This document shows, piece after piece, positions 57,672 through 64,000 of a stretch of DNA of 64,000 nucleotides. Each line of letters opens with the position of its first letter. Within the stretch, counting starts at the first letter, position 1. The DNA comes from a virus. The position numbers and the translations under genes were made by a program. Location of the stretch: positions 38,579 through 102,578 of the IMG/VR virus record IMGVR_UViG_3300008954_000020, one strand, 5' to 3'. The notes under the pieces are model-generated. The model made no database searches. It was not told the origin of the DNA and worked only from the letters and a program-made list of their open reading frames with translations.

Positions 57672-59645
57672 ATGGCAGAAGAATCCAAAACCCTAATACA
57701 ACTCAGAGATGAGATGGTTAAGTCGAGAACCGACCAATCAAAAATTGGTGGGATGACTATCGCTGAACTTAAAGGTATGGGCGGCGGATTGAATAAATTG
57801 GTTGATTCTCTTAAAGATGGATTAAAGGCTGATAAGAAAGAATCCGCAGAGGATAAACGAAAAAATAAAGCAGAAAAAGAAGAACGAAGAGAAGGACGAA
57901 GTGAATTAAGAAATGCGCTTGCGGATTTGGGTGATGCATTCAAAAACGGATTTAAAAATATAGGAGATATTGCAAAACCGGCCGGCATTGGAAAGATGTT
58001 GGTTGGAATTGCTGGATTGCTTGCGGGAGCATTTATCGGATTCTTTGGTGAAATTAAAAACCGGCTGTTCTTGATATTGAAAATATTTGCATATCCATTT
58101 AAAGTATTGTTTCCTAAAAAGATAAAAGCCATATCTGAATTGTTTATGAAGGTTTTTGGAAAGAGTGGTTGGTTTGGTAAATTCTTCACAAAGATAGGAA
58201 CTATCTTTGCATGGATAGGAAACAAAATAAAACCTATTTGGAAGGTAATTAAGAGCGTCTTTGGATTTTTTGGAAGGATAGCAGGATTTCTATCACCAAC
58301 CCTAAAAGCACTCGGTGGTGGAGGTGGTGGACTTTTCAAAATGTTTAAACCATTAATGTCTACCTTTAAAGCTATGTTTAAAGTCGGAAAGGTTCTTGGT
58401 AAGGTTGTAGGAAAAATATTCCTCCCCATTCAAATAATTTGGGGAGTTGTAAAGGGATTACTGGGTGCCCTCGATAAATTCAAAAGCGGTGATATTCTTG
58501 GGGGTATAGGTGCCTTCTTTGGTGGTATACTGGATGTATTTACCTTTGGAATTATTGATATGGAGAAATTCGCCGATTGGTTCTCTAGTTTGTTCGGCAA
58601 TTTCATTGGATTCTTCGAAAAACTTTTCACTGGTGATATTCTCGGAGCAATAACCGACTTGGGTAATTTCCTTCTTGATTGGATGGTTGGATTGCCTGAA
58701 ATGGTATTCGATGGAATCTTAAATGCAATCGCTGGTGTCTTTAACTTCTTTGGATTAGATTCAATCGGAAAATGGTTCAGCGATTTTGCAGATGTAGATA
58801 TCCTTGGAACAATCAAAGGCTTCTTTGCTTCTATGATGGAATACATCGGCCCCGTAATAGATGGTATTTGGGATGTTGTGAAATCTGTCTTCGGTGCAAT
58901 ATACGATGGTTTCATGTGGATATGGGATAATGTTTATGTACCTTACATTATGTTTCTTAAAGATTTAATGATGAATATTTTTAGTGGAATCGGAACTGCA
59001 TTCACTTGGATTTATGACAATGTATTCGTTCCATACATTTCTACACTTGGTGACATTATGATGGCCGTATTTGGTGGAATTGGAGATGCATTGAAGTGGG
59101 TATACAATAATACAGTCAATCCTGTAATATCAGGAATCATGTATTTCTTCAACATGGTTGGGTGGGCCTTCGGTAAAGTAACAAATGCGGGAATGCATGT
59201 CCTGAATGGTCTTATTTCCCTTATTAATACAATTCCAGATTGGATAAAACCCGCATCATTGGAAGGATTAGAGAGTTTCCCAGTCGAAGATGCTGGCGAA
59301 TTCCCATCATTTGAAATGTTGCCGGGATTGAAGTCGGGTGGTATGGTAGAGGGTTTACAAGATGGACTTGGTAAACTTTTCCGTATGGGTGAGGGTGGTG
59401 ATGAAATGGTAACACCACTAGATAAATTGAAACCAAATATCATAGACCCCATCATGGCAAAAACTATGGCAATGATGCCAGCAATGGCAAACATGGGCGG
59501 TGGTGGTGTCGGTGGTGCTACAAGCCAAGTTACGGTTGTCAATGCACCTAACAACAGTCAAGCGGTTTCCCAGAGTTCCACATTTGCGAGTTCAATGACT
59601 TCAACAAATAGTGAAATCTCTCGTAAGTTGGATTTAAACCACTAA
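57672..59645 (+). CDS. gp29: Tape measure / baseplate hub protein
   Basis: 657 aa of amphipathic Phe/Trp/Gly-rich helical repeats, C-terminal GG/GEGG.E motif and VVNAP; follows gp26/gp51. Confidence 0.75.
   Translation: MAEESKTLIQLRDEMVKSRTDQSKIGGMTIAELKGMGGGLNKLVDSLKDGLKADKKESAEDKRKNKAEKEERREGRSELRNALADLGDAFKNGFKNIGDIAKPAGIGKMLVGIAGLLAGAFIGFFGEIKNRLFLILKIFAYPFKVLFPKKIKAISELFMKVFGKSGWFGKFFTKIGTIFAWIGNKIKPIWKVIKSVFGFFGRIAGFLSPTLKALGGGGGGLFKMFKPLMSTFKAMFKVGKVLGKVVGKIFLPIQIIWGVVKGLLGALDKFKSGDILGGIGAFFGGILDVFTFGIIDMEKFADWFSSLFGNFIGFFEKLFTGDILGAITDLGNFLLDWMVGLPEMVFDGILNAIAGVFNFFGLDSIGKWFSDFADVDILGTIKGFFASMMEYIGPVIDGIWDVVKSVFGAIYDGFMWIWDNVYVPYIMFLKDLMMNIFSGIGTAFTWIYDNVFVPYISTLGDIMMAVFGGIGDALKWVYNNTVNPVISGIMYFFNMVGWAFGKVTNAGMHVLNGLISLINTIPDWIKPASLEGLESFPVEDAGEFPSFEMLPGLKSGGMVEGLQDGLGKLFRMGEGGDEMVTPLDKLKPNIIDPIMAKTMAMMPAMANMGGGGVGGATSQVTVVNAPNNSQAVSQSSTFASSMTSTNSEISRKLDLNH
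58887..59156 (+). repeat. Three tandem 90-bp (30-aa) repeats in the tape measure gene
   Basis: VFGAIYDGFMWIWDNVYVPYI.../IFSGIGTAFTWIYDNVFVPYI.../VFGGIGDALKWVYNNTVNPVI... Confidence 0.8.
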
Positions 59646-59646
59646 T

Positions 59647-59681
59647 AAAAAACCCCCCGCCGAAGCAGGGGGTTCTTTTTT
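59647..59681. terminator. Bidirectional rho-independent terminator between gp29 and the porin gene
   Basis: A6-CCCCCCGC-CGAA-GCAGGGGG-TTC-T6 between convergent genes. Confidence 0.9.
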
Positions 59682-59698
59682 AAGTATTTAATTGTCTA

Positions 59699-60841
59699 TC
59701 AGAATTGAATCTGAAGTTGGGTACGAACGAGGTACTCGCCTTCGGCGGCACTTGCATTCCATCCCGTGCTGGCAACATCCCAACCCGCATCAATATCATT
59801 CATGGCATAACCGACATCGGTTGTCCACTTAACATTGGGGTTGACCATGTAGTTGACACCTACAGTTGCGACACTAAGGTCTGCTGTAGCGCCTTCCAAC
59901 CTGCCAAATTCATATGCAACGAAACCCTGAAGGTTATCCATGCACTGATAAGAAACAGTAAGGGTAGTTGCCCAGTCATCTCCCGCATCACGGTTTACAC
60001 CGACATATGCAGCAGTGAGGTCAAGAGCACCCCAATTGACGCCAGTATCTACAGTATAAGTTGTGTAGTTACTGTCTACAAGGTCATTCCACGAAACCGC
60101 AGCACCAAGATTCCACCAAGAGGTGACATCATAATCTGCTCGTGCAGTAAGGGCATATCCATTCTGGATGCCGGCACCGTTTGCGGTGTCGAATCCATCA
60201 GTGTATGCACCACGAAGCGTAAGTGCTCCGAAGTCCTTACCGAATTGGATACCTTGTGACCGGCCTTGGCCGAAGGTATACGAAACAATTGACCTATCAG
60301 CGGCAAGTGTATCAGTTCGTGATACAAGAACTTCCTTCATGAAGGGAGCCTTGAACTGACCAAACTGGAAGTCAAGACCACCAATTTCACCAGTACCATA
60401 AGCGTCCTTCAATTCGAAGTCACCACCATCGCTCCATTGACCACTTACTCTATAACCGAAGTCATAGACATCACCACTAAGGATGAGTCGTGAGCGAGGA
60501 ACACTGAAACCATGATTGGCATCGGTATCTCCACCACCACTGTAGTCGAAACGAGTCTGTACAAATCCGTGTACATTAACCGTTACAGGGCTTCCGTTGC
60601 CCTGAAAACTAGCACGATTGTCTGCATCAGCAAGAACATCGTGAACAAGTTGACGAGTCGCTTCGGCTCGTTCGTTGTTCAACCAGTTATCACTATCCGA
60701 TGCAGATAGTTCTGCAATCCGTGCTTCGGCTGCTTCAAGTCGTTCTTGAAGTTCCGCATTGGTGTCAGCACCAGCAACACCAGTGCAGATTCCTGCAAAT
60801 AGTGCTACGAGAGCCACCTTTGTAAGTTTTGAGATATTCAT
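59699..60841 (-). CDS. Outer-membrane porin (OprO/OprP-like), host-derived
   Basis: Signal peptide, N-terminal coiled coil, GFVQTRF, RSRLILSG, GQFKAPF, RSQGIQ, alternating beta-strands, C-terminal YLVRTQLQIQF beta-signal; AGGAG RBS. Confidence 0.85.
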   Translation of the reverse strand: MNISKLTKVALVALFAGICTGVAGADTNAELQERLEAAEARIAELSASDSDNWLNNERAEATRQLVHDVLADADNRASFQGNGSPVTVNVHGFVQTRFDYSGGGDTDANHGFSVPRSRLILSGDVYDFGYRVSGQWSDGGDFELKDAYGTGEIGGLDFQFGQFKAPFMKEVLVSRTDTLAADRSIVSYTFGQGRSQGIQFGKDFGALTLRGAYTDGFDTANGAGIQNGYALTARADYDVTSWWNLGAAVSWNDLVDSNYTTYTVDTGVNWGALDLTAAYVGVNRDAGDDWATTLTVSYQCMDNLQGFVAYEFGRLEGATADLSVATVGVNYMVNPNVKWTTDVGYAMNDIDAGWDVASTGWNASAAEGEYLVRTQLQIQF

Positions 60842-60869
60842 AGTGAATCTCCTTTACTTTGAAAGCGTA

Positions 60870-61043
60870 TCAAACGCTAGCGACAAGGTTCCAAAGTTCA
60901 CGAACTGCTCCACCGAGCCAAGTAACACCGTTCCACGCAAATGGAAGAAGTGCCAATGTGATTAGCATACTACGGCACACACCGACCTTACCTAACGCAT
61001 TTGTCACGACATCTGTGCCGCAACTATCTGTACATTTAGCCAT
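60870..61043 (-). CDS. 57-aa putative membrane peptide; missing from ORF track
   Basis: MAKCTDSCGTDVVTNALGKVGVCRSMLITLALLPFAWNGVTWLGGAVRELWNLVASV; strong AAGGAG RBS. Confidence 0.75.
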   Translation of the reverse strand: MAKCTDSCGTDVVTNALGKVGVCRSMLITLALLPFAWNGVTWLGGAVRELWNLVASV

Positions 61044-61069
61044 TGTATTTCTCCTTTTTTAGAAATAAT

Positions 61070-61150
61070 CCTCTGGCAAAAGAGGTTGGTGCGTTTTTGC
61101 ACCGTGAAGTCAACTCCGACTTCGTTAGTTTATGTCACTTATTTAGTGAC
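61070..61150 (-). promoter_or_regulatory. Structured 5' leader of the porin operon (four hairpins)
   Basis: Stems at 61134-61150, 61106-61123, 61088-61103 and 61070-61085; the first has a TAAATA late-promoter-like core over its loop. Confidence 0.6.
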
Positions 61151-61157
61151 TTTTAAA

Positions 61158-61201
61158 AATTGACACCCCACATTATACACCTAATATGCGGGGTGTCAAT
61201 T
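61158..61201 (-). terminator. Long inverted repeat: gp32 terminator that also contains a sigma70 promoter
   Basis: AATTGACACCCC/GGGGTGTCAATT arms plus U tail; contains TTGACA-N16-TATAAT (61172-61199). Confidence 0.75.
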
Positions 61202-61217
61202 AAAATTTTAATTATTT

Positions 61218-62117
61218 TCAATCTTCGGAAGCAAGCTTTTCGAAGTACGAAAGGGCGTCTTCACCCTCAGTAGTAGTAGTTTCGGTAGTAGTATCATCAC
61301 TCTTACCGAATGCTTCTTCTGCCATGGCTGCACCATCAGACACATCAGCATCTTCAGCAGTAGGAGCAATAGTAGTATCTACATCCTTACCAAGAACGGT
61401 TTGAAGTCTATCCTTCAATTCGTCATAAGTTTTGAACTGGTCATCAGCAATAAACTCATTAAGGTCAGTCTGTGTCTTCCACAATTCTTCCAACTTATCA
61501 TCATCACCATCAAGTAGTGCAGTAGACGAATCAAACTCACTCTTGTCGTAGTTGATAAATCCAGCAACCTTGCGAACCTTAAGACGGAAGTTTGCACCCT
61601 TCCAGAAATCGAATGGATTTACTGGGGACTCATCTTCAAACTCAGGATTCATAGATTCCATAATCTTATCAAAAATCTTCTTACCAAACTTATAGAGAAA
61701 AACCTTGCCCTCATTCTCAGGGTTCTTGGGGTCACTCAAAACCATAATATTTGCAATGTAAGTAAGACGGCGCTTTTGCTTACGGGCAACATCTTTGCCC
61801 TTTTCAGTACCAGAATTCCACAACCTACTGTTAAGTTCTGAAACTGGGTCTTTTTCGCCACGGGTAGTGAGAGAATTCTCAATATACCAGCCGCCTGGCC
61901 CTTGGAAACCGTGATTCCAAACACGAACCCACGGAAGTTCGGCACCTTCTGATGCAGGCAAGAAACGAATAATAGCAAATCCGTTTGATGCATTGTCAAG
62001 TTCTGGACGCCAGAATCGGTCATCCTTGTAAGACTTCTTTGTATCGTTCATTTCTTCTAACTTCGTCTTAAGAAAGTCAGTGTTACTTGAACGCTTTTTC
62101 ATATCGTTGAAACTCAT
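61218..62117 (-). CDS. gp32: Single-stranded DNA-binding protein
   Basis: DDRFW, AIIRFLP, HGFQGPGGWYIENSLTT, GKVFLYKFGKKIFDKI, FDFWKGANF, NYDKSEF, acidic tail; start ATG 62117 after AAGGAG. Confidence 0.97.
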   Translation of the reverse strand: MSFNDMKKRSSNTDFLKTKLEEMNDTKKSYKDDRFWRPELDNASNGFAIIRFLPASEGAELPWVRVWNHGFQGPGGWYIENSLTTRGEKDPVSELNSRLWNSGTEKGKDVARKQKRRLTYIANIMVLSDPKNPENEGKVFLYKFGKKIFDKIMESMNPEFEDESPVNPFDFWKGANFRLKVRKVAGFINYDKSEFDSSTALLDGDDDKLEELWKTQTDLNEFIADDQFKTYDELKDRLQTVLGKDVDTTIAPTAEDADVSDGAAMAEEAFGKSDDTTTETTTTEGEDALSYFEKLASED

Positions 62118-62167
62118 GCAGTATCTCCTTATATTTCTGAATATAGTTTTCGTATTACGATGTGTAT

Positions 62168-62195
62168 ATTTTAACATATATTTCATATATGTCAA
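62168..62195 (-). promoter_or_regulatory. Sigma70-type promoter for gp32
   Basis: TTGACA-N16-TAAAAT, followed by an A/U-rich unstructured leader. Confidence 0.75.
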
Positions 62196-62211
62196 GCATT
62201 ATTTTTGCGAT

Positions 62212-62430
62212 TTAAATTGGTAGTTTTGCGGTGTCTGGTAAGATATTCAAACCTAGACCTTCGTTGTGTAATTTATTAATAATTGATTTTGAAAGATATT
62301 TAGAAGCAAGTGCGGGTTCTATGCGATAATGTTCACATAGACTAAGAATCGCTTCAATATATCCATCTCCCATTGTCTCAACTTTATCTTCTACTTCTTT
62401 TGAAAATTCTTCGGGGGTTAATTCTAACAT
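62212..62430 (-). CDS. gp33: Late-transcription coactivator
   Basis: FSKEVE, YIEAIL..CE..IEP, LN.LP...KLPI. Confidence 0.85.
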   Translation of the reverse strand: MLELTPEEFSKEVEDKVETMGDGYIEAILSLCEHYRIEPALASKYLSKSIINKLHNEGLGLNILPDTAKLPI

Positions 62431-62446
62431 TGTATTTTTCTCCTGT

Positions 62447-62454
62447 TATAAATA
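62447..62454 (+). promoter_or_regulatory. Late promoter for the 72-aa + strand ORF
   Basis: Canonical TATAAATA. Confidence 0.6.
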
Positions 62455-62499
62455 AGGGTGGTATGATATGTAGGTCACTAAATTTAAGGGGAACCCAAT

Positions 62500-62718
62500 A
62501 TGAGTAATGCTAATCACGGAGTTGCGTTTAGCGCATCGGTCGATTTAAATAAGGCTGGTATGAAGGGATTTATCATGGCAGCGGATGGAACTATTCGACT
62601 TCAGTTTGCCGATGGCACAACAACTGATATTGTTGTGAATAAAGGCGTTCAATATAACATGAATTTTGATGCGATTCTTGCTGCCGGCACCACACAGGCC
62701 GGTACTGCTCTTTATTGA
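62500..62718 (+). CDS. Small hypothetical late protein
   Basis: 72 aa, own late promoter and AAGGGG RBS; beta-rich, Gly/Ala/Thr-rich. Confidence 0.6.
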   Translation: MSNANHGVAFSASVDLNKAGMKGFIMAADGTIRLQFADGTTTDIVVNKGVQYNMNFDAILAAGTTQAGTALY

Positions 62719-63374
62719 TTGTGTTTTCTGTAATTAACAATGGTTTTGTGTAGTTTATCTACATAATCCATTGGATTTGCAACAAACACTTGATTATCAC
62801 CAGTATCACAAGAAATTAAGATCACGATATTCTTTATCGGGGTCTTTGTTCTTTCTTGGAACATAATAGCGTATGCAGTTGCTTGTTCGTAGTAATTTTG
62901 TATATCTGACTTTCTTTTGGGTTTATTTGAACCCTTGAAGTCGATAATAGACAATTCACCATCAAATTCAGCAATACAATCCACTCGTCCTGCGAGTTTT
63001 AGGGTATGTGACCATAATGGTTTTTCTAAACCAACAATATTGTCAATTCGGTGTAAATCATCTGCTAATTGATAAAACAACTGTGAGTCTGTAGATTCTG
63101 CTTCTGCAAGATACGACTCATCGTTGCTTAAATAATTCTCTATGATTTTGTGTAACCGATTTCCCCGACTAAGAACTCGTTTAGATTCTTCGGGGTTTTT
63201 TCTACGCCATTCTGCAAAGAATGCTCGTTTCTCCCAACCAGTTACGGTAGTTACACTTGGGTAACTTTTACCTTCTGGTGTTTGATAGTATCGAGTACCA
63301 TCGGGATTTGTTTCGGCTTCTAATTCTGCCCATAAGGGACTTTCAACATGATTAAACATTTTATTCACTAACAT
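62712..63374 (-). CDS. PD-(D/E)XK exonuclease
   Basis: RYYQTP, YPSVTTV, RGNRLH..IENYL, AGRVDCIAEFDGELSIIDFK, YYEQATAYA. Confidence 0.9.
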   Translation of the reverse strand: MLVNKMFNHVESPLWAELEAETNPDGTRYYQTPEGKSYPSVTTVTGWEKRAFFAEWRRKNPEESKRVLSRGNRLHKIIENYLSNDESYLAEAESTDSQLFYQLADDLHRIDNIVGLEKPLWSHTLKLAGRVDCIAEFDGELSIIDFKGSNKPKRKSDIQNYYEQATAYAIMFQERTKTPIKNIVILISCDTGDNQVFVANPMDYVDKLHKTIVNYRKHNQ

Positions 63375-63393
63375 AATAAATCTTTCCTATATT

Positions 63394-64000
63394 CTACCAG
63401 TTCTTATTAATAAAGTCAAGCAATTTCTTTTCGTCATCAGAAATTGACATTCTCGCTCCTGTTCCTAAGTTATCTGCATGGGGAGTTTCATAAACAGATT
63501 CTTTGATACCAAAACTCTTCTCAAACTTCTTACGACTCTTCTCGTCCTTGAACTTGATATTCACGGTATACTTCTTGTAGTCACCACTAAGACCAAATTT
63601 AGCAATCATTCCCTTAGTCAACGCCGATGTACCTGCATCCATCAGTTTTTCATATTCTTTTTTATCTTTTGCTTGATAAAGTCGTTCGACATCCGAGGGA
63701 TGAGTATCTTTCTTATATGAACCTTGTCCTGTTCGAACTAGTGGAATTGATTCTGCTTCATCTACTTCATTGGATTCATCATATGGGCCATATCCCTTGG
63801 GTGTAACCTCAGAAGTTGAATGAGAAAATTCACCTTTGTTCTTGTGTGCATATTTCCCAATTGCTTTTTTGTGCATGTCCTTGGTCATACCAGTAATAAC
63901 GACTCTATACTTACCCTTGTATCTTTCGACACCTTTGTTTGCTAGTCCCACGGCAGAATTCTCAACATCCTTTGCAAATTGTTTTGCATCTCGTTCACTT
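63394..64000 (-). CDS. Hypothetical protein, 5'-truncated (possible internal head protein)
   Basis: Frame stays open from the annotated GTG (63951) to the window edge (SERDAKQFAKDVENSAV...); highly charged. Confidence 0.6.
   Translation of the reverse strand, partial: SERDAKQFAKDVENSAVGLANKGVERYKGKYRVVITGMTKDMHKKAIGKYAHKNKGEFSHSTSEVTPKGYGPYDESNEVDEAESIPLVRTGQGSYKKDTHPSDVERLYQAKDKKEYEKLMDAGTSALTKGMIAKFGLSGDYKKYTVNIKFKDEKSRKKFEKSFGIKESVYETPHADNLGTGARMSISDDEKKLLDFINKNW

Noticed and set aside
57668-59554. Three long minus-strand ORFs (253, 161 and 180 aa) opposite gp29
   Set aside because: Antisense shadows from codon bias of a Gly/Phe/Ile-rich gene; no RBS, promoter or recognisable motifs
60759-61062. 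Plus-strand 67-68-aa ORFs
   Set aside because: Antisense to the porin and the 57-aa ORF, which have the RBSs and promoter
61060-61210. tRNA or CRISPR array in the hairpin-rich spacer
   Set aside because: No cloverleaf, T-loop or CCA; the hairpins have different sequences, so they are not direct repeats
1-64000. Stop-codon reassignment
   Set aside because: Core genes are full length in the standard code, and TAA, TGA and TAG all occur at expected gene ends

Overview
This window is a 64-kb segment of an AT-rich, T4-like myovirus genome with marine cyanophage/pelagiphage-type gene order. It runs from the replication and late-transcription genes (gp44 partial, gp45, rnh, gp46, gp47, gp55, uvsW, dCMP deaminase, uvsY) through the head, neck and tail module (gp3, gp23-gp13), a fibre/tailspike cluster next to a VrlC-like protein, and the baseplate genes (gp8, gp7, gp6, gp25, PAAR, gp5, gp27-like, gp53, gp48 on the minus strand; gp4, gp2, gp54, gp26, gp51, gp29 on the plus strand). 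It ends with a host-like porin cassette, gp32, gp33 and an exonuclease. I saw no tRNA, CRISPR array, intron, intein or reverse transcriptase. The most notable signals are: (1) a candidate programmed -1 frameshift (T-TTT-TTT plus a hairpin 5 nt downstream) fusing gp26 to gp51 just before the tape measure gene; (2) a G-x-[T/S]-[G/A] motif spread over surface-exposed virion proteins, a candidate glycosylation/modification sequon; (3) a context rule in which GGNCC and CCNGG sites occur only when overlapped by GGC/GCC, suggesting a GGC-context DNA modification; (4) a phage-borne porin plus an unannotated 57-aa membrane peptide behind a four-hairpin leader and a promoter embedded in a terminator-like palindrome; (5) six sigma70-type promoters that all have a 16-bp spacer; and (6) GC-shifted 3' tips on three receptor-binding genes. 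All gene identities come from motif recognition and synteny; no database search was run.
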